A stretch of DNA of 64,000 bases. Origin: Bacteroidota bacterium. Its GTDB lineage: Bacteria > Bacteroidota > Bacteroidia > Flavobacteriales_F > PHOS-HE28. The stretch spans positions 25,792 to 89,791 of the forward strand of contig JACTMO010000053.1 in assembly GCA_014584605.1 (NCBI GenBank), written 5' to 3'. Made by a program: the position numbers and the translations under genes. Under the pieces are notes generated by a model. The model was not told where the DNA came from. It made no database searches and saw nothing but the letters and a program-made list of their open reading frames with translations. Shown piece by piece: positions 1 through 8,325 of the stretch; position 1 is the stretch's first letter; each line of letters starts with the position of its first letter.

Positions 1-403
1 CGGCCTCCTCGGGCTTGAGCTCATTGAGCGCCCTGGCCGCATCGTTGAAATAGGTCTTGGCCAGGAAGTCGTGGGCCTGGGCGGCATTGTCCGCATAGGT
101 CCCGGCGCTGTCGAAGGTCAGGCAGCGGTCCAGGCTCGCCAGCGCACTGTCCCGGTCGGCCTCCCCCTTGGGCGTACCGCTTCCCGCCTTGTACAGGTCC
201 TTGAGGATGAAGCCGCGCAACAGCCAGGCCTCCGGGTCGCGCTGGTGGGACGGCTCCAGCACGGCCTCATCCACCAGCGCCCTCGCCTCGTTGAGGGCCC
301 CGGTCTGATACTTGCGCAGGGCTTCGCTCAGCAGGTCCGACTGGGCCCGGCCCGTCGCCGCCAGGGCGATCATCAGCAATGCGGTATGGAGGCGGCCGCT
401 CAT
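1..403 (-). CDS. Secreted TPR-like helical protein (5' part; runs off the left edge)
   Basis: Not in the ORF track; read manually from ATG at 403: MSGRLHTALLMIALAATGRAQSDLLSEALRKYQTGALNEARALVDEAVLEPSHQRDPEAWLLRGFILKDLY. Signal peptide ending in AQ, followed by TPR-like helices; directly downstream of the YfiR-like gene. Confidence 0.7.
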   Translation of the reverse strand, partial: MSGRLHTALLMIALAATGRAQSDLLSEALRKYQTGALNEARALVDEAVLEPSHQRDPEAWLLRGFILKDLYKAGSGTPKGEADRDSALASLDRCLTFDSAGTYADNAAQAHDFLAKTYFNDAARALNELKPEEA

Positions 404-404
404 G

Positions 405-989
405 TCATTCCACCGCCCGGTGGGCCAGTTGTTTCAAGGTGAGCGCCACCTCCAGCTTGTGTTTGCGGGCGTTGGCCACGCTCAGTTCGTACTTCAAGGT
501 GTTCGCCACCTTCACGAAGTTCGCCACGGCCCCGTCCTCCAAAGCATCGGCATATTCAGTGACGATCAGGGTGGGCTTGTCGGCCAGGTTGCGGTAGATC
601 TCGGGCATCAGCGCCAGGTCCGAACGGCCCACGAAGAGGATGTGACAGCGGGCCACATCGGCGGACCGCGGCAGCTTGCGCACCTCGATCGGCTGCTTGC
701 CGATGGCCTTCGTGCTGTACTTCCTGATCAGCTCCTGGTACAGGTTGGAGCCACCGATCACCCCGATCACGAAGGTGCCCGAGCTCATCGCCGGGTCCTT
801 CCACTCCACGAGCTTGGCGATGTTGTAGATGTAGCTGGCCTGCACAATGGCCGAGGTGTCCTTCTCGGTGTCCAGCTGGGGCGGTGCGGCAGCGATGGCG
901 GGCCAGGCCAGGACCAGGGCCAGCACCCGCCACATCCGGGCAGGGGGACTGTGCGGGCTACCTTTGCCCGCCCGGTGCAGCATGGCCAT
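405..989 (-). CDS. YfiR/HmsC family periplasmic protein (start 989, 983 or 935)
   Basis: ASYIYNIAKLVEWKD...FVIGVIG...CHILFVG...TLIVTE...ANFVKVANTLKYELSVANARKHKLEVALTLKQLA matches the YfiR pattern; signal peptide present. Confidence 0.8.
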   Translation of the reverse strand: MAMLHRAGKGSPHSPPARMWRVLALVLAWPAIAAAPPQLDTEKDTSAIVQASYIYNIAKLVEWKDPAMSSGTFVIGVIGGSNLYQELIRKYSTKAIGKQPIEVRKLPRSADVARCHILFVGRSDLALMPEIYRNLADKPTLIVTEYADALEDGAVANFVKVANTLKYELSVANARKHKLEVALTLKQLAHRAVE

Positions 990-1016
990 GATCGTCCCCA
1001 ACAGCGGGCAAAGTAG
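959..1016. promoter_or_regulatory. Overlapping divergent Bacteroidota -7 promoter elements
   Basis: TACCTTTG at 959-966 (+) and a CTACTTTG variant at 1009-1016 (-) flank the palindrome CATGGCCATG (981-990). Confidence 0.5.
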
Positions 1017-2460
1017 ATGCCGATCCCTGGCAGCGGCGGCGCTGGTCCTCGGCATCTGTCCACACCCCGGTGTTCAAGGGCAGGTGGACGCGCTGCGGCG
1101 TTTCGAGGTTGAGGCCCGGGAGAACGCCCGGGGATTCGAGTGGTTGAACTGGAGCAGCGCCCACATCGGCCACCGGCTCACCGGCAGCCCGCAGGGGGTG
1201 CGTGCCGAGGAGGTGGCCGACAGCCTGTTCCGCCTGTGCGGCCTGCCCCGGGTCTCTTTTCATCCGTTCAACGCCGTGGCCTGGTCGCGCGGCAGCGTGA
1301 TGCTCCGGCTGAGCGACGGTACGGACACGGAACATCTGGCGGCCGTTGCCCTGGCCCAGACCCCGGACAGCGCCGATGTGGAGGGCGAGCTCGTGGACCT
1401 GGGCAACGGCCTGGCCGAGCACTTCGCCCGCCTCAAGGACCGCGTCGCAGGCCGGGTGGTGCTGATGAACATCGGACTGGTGGAGGCCCCGGAAGGCACG
1501 GGCAACCTGCACCGCAGTGAGAAGGCCGCGCTGGCCATCCGGCACGGTGCCATCGGCATCGTGTTCGTGAACAATGTGGAGGGCGGGGTGCTGCTCACGG
1601 GCACCGCCTCGGTGGACGGGGCGCCCATCGCGGTGCCGGCGGCCTGCATCGCCTCGGAGGATGGCCAGCGCATCCGGGAGCGGCTGCGCGCCGACGCCCC
1701 GCTCCGCATGGGCCTGCGCATGACCAACCGCACGGGCAACGTGCAGGCCCGCAACGTTGTGGCCGAGGTCCCCGGCAGCGACCTGGCACATGAGGTGGTG
1801 CTGGTGGGTGGGCACCTGGACAGCTGGGACCTGGCCACGGGCGCCACCGACAACGGGCTGGGCGCGTTCTCCATCGTGGACATGGCCCGGGCCGTGGTGG
1901 CCAGCGGCCATCGCCCGCGGCGAACCCTGCGTTTTGTGCTGTTCATGGGCGAGGAACAGGGCCTGCTGGGCTCTGCGGCCATGGTTTCCGACCTGCAGGC
2001 TGCGGGTGAACTGGCGCGCGTGCGCTGCATGATCAACCTGGACATGACCGGTGACCCCTTCGGTTTCGGCGTGGCGGGGCCGGAGGGCTGGGCCGCCACC
2101 CTGGATCCCCTGATGGACCCCATCCGTGACCTGGACACCGCCTTCCGGAGCACCCTGCGGGAGGCCGCCTGGTTGCACAGCGACCACCAGCCCTTCCTGC
2201 TGGCGGGCATACCGGTCATCCTTCCCCTGTGCGACCTGGGCGGGCACGTGTACGGCTGCTACCACAGCAGCTGTGACGACGTGCATCTGGTGGACCCCAT
2301 GGACATGGTGAACAACGTGCGCTTCGTGGGGGCGCTGTTGCTGCAATTGGCCGATGCGCCCACCCTGCCGCAGGTCTTCACCGAAGCGGAACTCGGTGCC
2401 CGGCTGCGCGCCGAAGGGCTCGAAGAGAAGCTTCGTATGGCCGGGCTGTGGCGGTGGTGA
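982..2460 (+). CDS. M28 family zinc peptidase with PA domain (carboxypeptidase Q-like)
   Basis: VLVGGHLDSWDLATGATDNGLG, FMGEEQGLLGS, SDHQPF and YHSSCD motifs; start moved from ORF 847 to ATG 982/988. Confidence 0.9.
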   Translation: MAMIVPNSGQSRCRSLAAAALVLGICPHPGVQGQVDALRRFEVEARENARGFEWLNWSSAHIGHRLTGSPQGVRAEEVADSLFRLCGLPRVSFHPFNAVAWSRGSVMLRLSDGTDTEHLAAVALAQTPDSADVEGELVDLGNGLAEHFARLKDRVAGRVVLMNIGLVEAPEGTGNLHRSEKAALAIRHGAIGIVFVNNVEGGVLLTGTASVDGAPIAVPAACIASEDGQRIRERLRADAPLRMGLRMTNRTGNVQARNVVAEVPGSDLAHEVVLVGGHLDSWDLATGATDNGLGAFSIVDMARAVVASGHRPRRTLRFVLFMGEEQGLLGSAAMVSDLQAAGELARVRCMINLDMTGDPFGFGVAGPEGWAATLDPLMDPIRDLDTAFRSTLREAAWLHSDHQPFLLAGIPVILPLCDLGGHVYGCYHSSCDDVHLVDPMDMVNNVRFVGALLLQLADAPTLPQVFTEAELGARLRAEGLEEKLRMAGLWRW

Positions 2461-2472
2461 CCGCACCGGGGT

Positions 2473-2991
2473 TCACACCCCGCCCTTGCCCCCCTGGCCC
2501 GGGGCCACAAGCCCCTCCAGGTCGCGGTCAAAGAGATACAGGCCGCCCTTGTCGTTCCCGATCAGGTTCAGCTTGTCGATAAGGGTACGCGCCAGGGCCT
2601 CCTCCTCGATCTGCTCGCTGACGTACCACTGCATGAAGTTGTGCGTGGTGTAATCCTTCTCCTTCAGGCAGGTGTCCACCACCTGGTTGATGGTGGCCGT
2701 GACGTGCGTCTCGTGCTCGAACAGGCTGCTGAAGATGTCGGTGATGCTCTTGAAGTCCGTCGAGGGCCGTTTGAGCGCAGGCACCACGGCGCGGCCACCC
2801 CGCTCGTTCACGAAGCGGATCAGCTTGAGCATGTGCATGCGCTCCTCATCGCTGTGGCGGTAGAGGAAAGCCGCAGTGCCGCTGAGCCCCTGGTTCTCGG
2901 CCCAGCTGGCCATGGCCAGATATGCCTGGCTGCTGTCCGCCTCAATGGCGATCTGTCCGTTGAGGGCGGTCTCGATCTTCTTGGAAAGCAT
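2473..2991 (-). CDS. ftnA: Ferritin
   Basis: ALNGQIAIEADSSQAYLAMASW...EERMHMLK...HETHVT...WYVSEQIEEE ferroxidase residues. Confidence 0.95.
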   Translation of the reverse strand: MLSKKIETALNGQIAIEADSSQAYLAMASWAENQGLSGTAAFLYRHSDEERMHMLKLIRFVNERGGRAVVPALKRPSTDFKSITDIFSSLFEHETHVTATINQVVDTCLKEKDYTTHNFMQWYVSEQIEEEALARTLIDKLNLIGNDKGGLYLFDRDLEGLVAPGQGGKGGV

Positions 2992-3021
2992 GGTGTAAAG
3001 GTAGTTGGAGGGCCGGGTCGT

Positions 3022-3585
3022 TCAGCGGTTGTTGAAGTGGTTCATGGCCTGGGCAACGCCCAGCAGGCCCACCTGCACCACGGCCTTGGCGGCCACCTCC
3101 ACCCGGTCGGGAAGGGCGGCAGATTCCTCCGGGGTCCAGCGGCCCAGGACGAAATCGCTCTGCCGCCCCCTGGGAAAAACACTGCCGATGCCGAACCGCA
3201 GCCGGGGGAAGGCCTCCGAGCCGAGCACCTCGATGATGTGGGTGAGCCCGTTGTGCCCGCCGGCACCACCGGAGGAACGCAACCGCACCTTGCCGAACGG
3301 CAGGGCCAGGTCGTCGCTCACCACCAGCACGCGCTCCAGAGGCACGTCCTCCTGGTCCATCCAATAGCGAACGGCCTTGCCGCTCAGGTTCATGAAGGTC
3401 TGCGGCTTGAGCAGGATGAAGGTGCGGCCCTTGTGCCGGAACTCGGCATGGTCCGCGTACCGAGCGGGAGTGAAGCGCACCTCGAAGGTGCGTGCCAGGT
3501 GGTCCAGGACCTCGAACCCTGCGTTGTGCCTGGTGCCGGCGTATTCCGGACCGGGGTTGCCAAGGCCGACGACCAGGTGCTTCAT
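3022..3585 (-). CDS. pth: Peptidyl-tRNA hydrolase
   Basis: LVVGLGNPGPEYAGTRHNAGF, KPQTFMNLSG and GGHNGL motifs. Confidence 0.97.
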   Translation of the reverse strand: MKHLVVGLGNPGPEYAGTRHNAGFEVLDHLARTFEVRFTPARYADHAEFRHKGRTFILLKPQTFMNLSGKAVRYWMDQEDVPLERVLVVSDDLALPFGKVRLRSSGGAGGHNGLTHIIEVLGSEAFPRLRFGIGSVFPRGRQSDFVLGRWTPEESAALPDRVEVAAKAVVQVGLLGVAQAMNHFNNR

Positions 3586-3600
3586 GGGCTGCCATGCACG

Positions 3601-3624
3601 CGGACCCCGTTGCAGCGGGGTCCG
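3601..3624. terminator. GC-rich hairpin between rplY and pth (possible attenuator or mRNA stabiliser)
   Basis: CGGACCCCG-TTGCAG-CGGGGTCCG inverted repeat; no U-tract. Confidence 0.4.
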
Positions 3625-3657
3625 GGCGGGGGGTGTGCGGCCAGGATGGCCGGTTCA

Positions 3658-4314
3658 CTATTTCTTGGCGGCGGGCTTGGCCTCGGGCTTCTTGGCGTCC
3701 GCAGCGGCGGGCGCGGCAGCGGGGGCGGCGCCTGCGGCAGGGGCGGCAGCGGCGGGCGCGGCTTCGGCCTCCTTCTTGGGCATGCTCACCTTCAACACCA
3801 CCTCCTCGGGCTTGTTGAGCAGTTCCAGACCGGAGAACTTCAGGTCTCGCACACGCACGTTCTGGCCCAGTTCCACGTGTTCCACGTCGTACTCCAGGTG
3901 CTCGGGCAGCTGCCCGGGGAGACCCTTCACCTCCAGTTTGCGGAGGGTCTGGTTCAGTTTGCCACCCTTGCGCACGCCGGCGGGCTGCCCCTTCAGGCGC
4001 AGGCTCAGCGACACGCACGCAGGCTTATCCTCATCCAGTTCGATGAAGTCGGCGTGGAGGATCTTGTCGGATACCGGGTGGAACTGGGTCTCTTGTAGTT
4101 TGGCCATCAGCTTGCGACCGCCCAGGTCGAGCTCGATGCGATAGACCTCGGGAGTGAGGACCACTTCGCCCAGAGCGGCCTCATCGGTGGCGAAGTGGGT
4201 GACCTTGCCGCCGCCGTACAGCACGCAAGGCACCTGCTTCGCACGGCGCAGCTGGTCGGCGTTCCGGGTGCCGGTGGCGGTGCGCACGGCGCCGGTGAGT
4301 TCTACCTTCTTCAT
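3658..4314 (-). CDS. rplY: 50S ribosomal protein L25/Ctc
   Basis: LRRAKQVPCVLYGG, QFHPVSDKILHADF and GVRKGG motifs; Ala/Pro-rich tail; prs-rplY-pth synteny. Confidence 0.95.
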   Translation of the reverse strand: MKKVELTGAVRTATGTRNADQLRRAKQVPCVLYGGGKVTHFATDEAALGEVVLTPEVYRIELDLGGRKLMAKLQETQFHPVSDKILHADFIELDEDKPACVSLSLRLKGQPAGVRKGGKLNQTLRKLEVKGLPGQLPEHLEYDVEHVELGQNVRVRDLKFSGLELLNKPEEVVLKVSMPKKEAEAAPAAAAPAAGAAPAAAPAAADAKKPEAKPAAKK

Positions 4315-4326
4315 GGGTCGGGGGTG

Positions 4327-5274
4327 TTAGGCGATGATGAAATGGCTGCTGATGCTCTCGTGGCTGCGCACGCGCTGGATGACGTTGGCGAACAGGCCGG
4401 CCACTGTGAGTTGCTTGATCTTGCTGGTGCGGGCCAGCTTGTCGGGCCCGATGGGGATGGTGTCCGTGACGATGAGCTCCGCCAGGCTGGAGCGCTCCAG
4501 CCGGTCGCAGGCATCGCCGCTCAGCACGGCGTGCGTGCAGACCGCGCGCACGCTCTTGGCGCCCAGTTCGGTCATCATGCCGGCGGCCTTGGTCAGCGTG
4601 CCGGCCGTGTCCACCATGTCGTCGATCAGCACCACGTCCTTGTCCTTGACGTCGCCGATCACGGTCATCTTCTCGATCTGGTTGGCCACCTTGCGCTGCT
4701 TGTAGCAGATGGCCATGTCGCAGCCCAGGTGCTTGCTGTAGGCATTGGCCCGCTTGGTGCCGCCGGTATCCGGGGCGGCCATCAACAGGTCCTTGAGGCC
4801 CAGCTCCTTGATGTGGGGCAGGAAGATGCTGCTGGCGAACAGGTGGTCCACCGGCACCTCGAAGAAACCCTGGATCTGGTCGGCATGCAGGTCCATGGTC
4901 ATCACGCGGTCCACACCGGCGGCCGTGAGCATGTTGGCCACCAGCTTGGCGCCGATGCTCACACGAGGTTTGTCCTTGCGGTCCTGGCGGGCGAAGCCGA
5001 AGTAAGGCATGACGGCCACGATGCGCTTGGCGCTGGCGCGCTTGGCGGCATCCACCATCATCAGCAGCTCGAACAGGTTGTCGCTGGGTGGAAAGGTGCT
5101 CTGCACGATGAAGACCAGCTGGCCGCGCACGGTCTCCTCGAAGCTCGGCTGGAACTCCCCGTCGCTGAACCGGCTGACGGTCACGTCCCCGAGCCGCTCG
5201 CCGGAACTCTGGGCGATCTTCTCGGCCAGGTACCGCGTGGCGGTCCCACTGAAGATCTTGGCCGGCTCGATCAT
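4327..5274 (-). CDS. prs: Ribose-phosphate pyrophosphokinase
   Basis: FSDGE, PYFGFARQDRK, DLHADQIQGFF and LIDDMVDTAGT motifs. Confidence 0.97.
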   Translation of the reverse strand: MIEPAKIFSGTATRYLAEKIAQSSGERLGDVTVSRFSDGEFQPSFEETVRGQLVFIVQSTFPPSDNLFELLMMVDAAKRASAKRIVAVMPYFGFARQDRKDKPRVSIGAKLVANMLTAAGVDRVMTMDLHADQIQGFFEVPVDHLFASSIFLPHIKELGLKDLLMAAPDTGGTKRANAYSKHLGCDMAICYKQRKVANQIEKMTVIGDVKDKDVVLIDDMVDTAGTLTKAAGMMTELGAKSVRAVCTHAVLSGDACDRLERSSLAELIVTDTIPIGPDKLARTSKIKQLTVAGLFANVIQRVRSHESISSHFIIA

Positions 5275-5393
5275 GGCATCCCGCTAAGGGGCTGCAAAGT
5301 TAGAGATCTTCCGCAGGTTATCAACGATCGTTGGTGGAACCTTGCCGGCGCCGCTGCGGCTTTGAACGACCTTCGCCACCGACCCACCACCGG

Positions 5394-7574
5394 ATGCCCT
5401 CCCGAAGCCCCTCCCCCACCCCGGGCGACCTGGCCGCACGTGTGCTGGCCGCCGTGCGGCGGTCCGGCCACGCCGGCGTCACCAGCCAGCAATTGGCCCT
5501 CCAACTGGGCTTGCGCGACAAGGACCGCCGCTACCTGCTGTACGACGCGCTCGAGGCCCTGTTGGACGAGGGGCGCATCCGCAGCGGCAAGAAGGGCCGC
5601 TACATCGCTTCCGGCGGGACCGACACCCTGGAGGGCAGCATCGATATCATCGGCAGCGGCGGGGGCTACGTGCGGCCCGACCCCGCCCTCGGCGCGGACC
5701 AGGGGGATGTGTTCGTGCATCCGCGCAACGTGGGCACGGCCCTGCACGGCGACGCGGTGCGCGTGAAGCTGGTCGGCGGGCGGGGCCTTCGGCCCGAGGG
5801 CCGCGTGCTGGAGGTGCTGCGCCGCCGCCGCACCGAGTTCGTGGGCACCGTGCATCTGAAGCAGGGACGGTTGATGCTGGTGGCCGACGACCAGCGGGTG
5901 CAGCGGCCCTTCCTGATCCCCGCCAACGAAGGCCGGGGCGTCCGCGAAGGCGACAAGGCCATCATCGCCCTGGGCGAGTGGAAAGATGCGCGCGACCTGC
6001 CCCGCGGCCGCGTGGTCCGTGTCCTGGGCCGGGCGGGCGAGCATCAGGTGGAGATGCACGCCATCCTGGCGGAGTTCGGCCTCCCGCTGGAGTTCCCGGA
6101 GAGCGTGCTGGCGGCGGCGGTCGACATCCCCGACGGATGCACCCCCGAGGAGGTGGCCCTGCGTCGCGACGTGCGCGGCATCCCCACCCTCACCATCGAC
6201 CCCGACGATGCCAAGGACCTGGACGACGCGCTGAGCGTGCGTCCGCTCGCGAACGGTCACTGGGAGGTGGGGGTGCACATCGCCGATGTGAGCCACTACG
6301 TCCGGCCCGGCTCGGTCGTCGACCTGGAGGCGGCGGCACGTGCCACCAGTGTTTACCTGGTGGACCGCGTGGTGCCCATGCTGCCCGAGCGGCTCAGCAA
6401 CGACCTGTGCTCGCTGAACCCCCACACCGACAAGCTGAGCTTCAGCGCCATCTTCGAGCTGGACGAAAGGGCACAGGTGAAGGCCGAATGGTTCGGCCGG
6501 ACCGTCATGCGCGCGCAGCGTCGTTTCGCCTATGCCGAGGCCCAGGCCATCATCGACGGCAAGGGCGAGGGCCCCCTGCGGGACGAAGTGCTGCTGCTCC
6601 ACCGGCTGGGGCAGGTGCTGCGCAAGGACCGCATCGCCAACGGCGCCCTGGAGATCGGTGGCAACGAAGTGAAGTTCCGGCTGGACGAGAAGGGGCGGCC
6701 CCTCGAGGTGTACGAGAAGGTGATGGGGCCCGCCAACTGGCTCATCGAGGAGTTCATGCTGCTGGCCAACAAACGCGTGGCCGCATGGGTGGGCCGCCGG
6801 CGCAAGGGGGGTGTTCCGCCCTTCGTGTACCGCGTGCACGACCTGCCCGATACCGAAAAGGTCGAGCAGCTTCGCGCCCTGGCGCGAAGCTTCGGGCACG
6901 AGCTCCACATCGGCAAGGGTGAGGAGCTGCCCCATGCGATCAACCGGCTGCTGCGCGCCGTGAAGGGTCGCGAAGAGGAGAACATCATCAAACAGGTGGC
7001 GATCCGCAGCATGGCCAAGGCCATTTACAGCACCGACAACATCGGCCACTACGGCCTGGCCTTCGAGCACTACACGCACTTCACCAGCCCCATCCGGCGG
7101 TACCCGGACCTGCTGGTGCACCGGGCCCTGGCACACTACCTGGGCGGCGGCCGCCATCTGGACAAGGAACAGCTGGAGGTGAGCTGCCGGCACAGCTCCA
7201 ACATGGAAAAGCGGGCCGCCGACGCCGAGCGGGCGAGCATTCGCTACAAACAGGCCGAATACCTGCTGGCCCGTGTGGGCGAGCGGTTCGAGGGCACCAT
7301 CAGCGGGCTCACCAACTGGGGCGTCTACGTGGAGCTGAAGGCCAACCACTGCGAGGGCATGGTGCCGCTGCGCGAACTGCCCGGCGATGCCTACCGCTTC
7401 GACCCCGAACGCTATCAGGTGGCGGGCCAGCGCACCGGTCGGCGTTTCCGGCTGGGCGACGAGGTGGCCGTGCGGATCAAGGCGGTGGACATGGACCGCC
7501 GCACCGTGGACCTGGTGCTGGACGAGGCCCGTGCGGCCCGACCTGCCGGGCGCGGCCGCGCTAAACGAGCTTGA
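5394..7574 (+). CDS. rnr: Ribonuclease R
   Basis: TIDPDDAKDLDDALS, HYTHFTSPIRRYPDL and a C-terminal S1 domain; start at ATG 5394. Confidence 0.95.
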   Translation: MPSRSPSPTPGDLAARVLAAVRRSGHAGVTSQQLALQLGLRDKDRRYLLYDALEALLDEGRIRSGKKGRYIASGGTDTLEGSIDIIGSGGGYVRPDPALGADQGDVFVHPRNVGTALHGDAVRVKLVGGRGLRPEGRVLEVLRRRRTEFVGTVHLKQGRLMLVADDQRVQRPFLIPANEGRGVREGDKAIIALGEWKDARDLPRGRVVRVLGRAGEHQVEMHAILAEFGLPLEFPESVLAAAVDIPDGCTPEEVALRRDVRGIPTLTIDPDDAKDLDDALSVRPLANGHWEVGVHIADVSHYVRPGSVVDLEAAARATSVYLVDRVVPMLPERLSNDLCSLNPHTDKLSFSAIFELDERAQVKAEWFGRTVMRAQRRFAYAEAQAIIDGKGEGPLRDEVLLLHRLGQVLRKDRIANGALEIGGNEVKFRLDEKGRPLEVYEKVMGPANWLIEEFMLLANKRVAAWVGRRRKGGVPPFVYRVHDLPDTEKVEQLRALARSFGHELHIGKGEELPHAINRLLRAVKGREEENIIKQVAIRSMAKAIYSTDNIGHYGLAFEHYTHFTSPIRRYPDLLVHRALAHYLGGGRHLDKEQLEVSCRHSSNMEKRAADAERASIRYKQAEYLLARVGERFEGTISGLTNWGVYVELKANHCEGMVPLRELPGDAYRFDPERYQVAGQRTGRRFRLGDEVAVRIKAVDMDRRTVDLVLDEARAARPAGRGRAKRA

Positions 7575-8316
7575 GGCGGCGGGACAGGTCGTCCTTGTAG
7601 CTGCCGCCGATGGGGATCACCTTCTTGTCGTTCTCCAGGATCAGGTTGGGCTGCTCGATGGCCACGATCTTGTCGATGCGCACGATGAAGGACCGGTGCA
7701 CCCGCACGAACTCGCTCTCGGGCAGCTTGCCCTCGATGTCCTTCATGGTGCTGTGCACCGTGTACCGGGCGTTGAGCGTGTTGATCACCACGTAATCCTT
7801 CAGCGCCTCGATGAAATAGATGTCGCTGATGCGCAGCTTCACCAGGCGGCTGTTGCTCTTCACGAAGAGCAGGTCGTTGGCGCTTCCCTGGTTCTCCACC
7901 AGGTTGAAGAGCAGGTCGCGCTCCTTGAGCACCTCGGCCTCCTTCTTGTGCTTGTACAGCGCCATCTCGATCGACGTGTGGATGTCGATCTCCTTGAATG
8001 GCTTGATGATGTATCCGTAGGGTTGGGTGACCTTGGCTTTGTTGAGCGTGCTCTCGTCGGCGTACGCCGTGAGGAAGATCACCGGGATGTTGGTCTCCTG
8101 CCGGATCTGGGTGGCGGCCTCGATGCCGTTCATCTCCCCCTTGAGCATGATGTCCATGAGGATGATGTCCGGCTGTGCCTCCACGGCGAGCTTCACGGCC
8201 TGTTCGCCCGTGGCGGCGGCGCCCACGACATTGTAGCCCAGCTTCTTCAGGCTGTGCTGGATGTCCTTGCTCACGATGCTCTCGTCCTCAACGACCAGGA
8301 CATTGGTCTGGGCCAT
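7561..8316 (-). CDS. Response regulator with REC and LytTR domains
   Basis: VVEDE...DIILMDIMLKG...FLTAY...IIKPF receiver; FVRVHRSFIV LytTR motif. Confidence 0.93.
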   Translation of the reverse strand: MAQTNVLVVEDESIVSKDIQHSLKKLGYNVVGAAATGEQAVKLAVEAQPDIILMDIMLKGEMNGIEAATQIRQETNIPVIFLTAYADESTLNKAKVTQPYGYIIKPFKEIDIHTSIEMALYKHKKEAEVLKERDLLFNLVENQGSANDLLFVKSNSRLVKLRISDIYFIEALKDYVVINTLNARYTVHSTMKDIEGKLPESEFVRVHRSFIVRIDKIVAIEQPNLILENDKKVIPIGGSYKDDLSRRLKLV

Positions 8317-8325
8317 GTGCGCGAA

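Noticed and set aside
3870-3890. GTTCCACGTGTTCCACGT in rplY as parS
   Set aside because: Direct repeat of a half-site encoding VEHVE; not palindromic.
7561-7574. Convergent overlap of rnr and the LytTR regulator
   Set aside because: Short 3' overlaps are common in compact high-GC genomes; no further signal.
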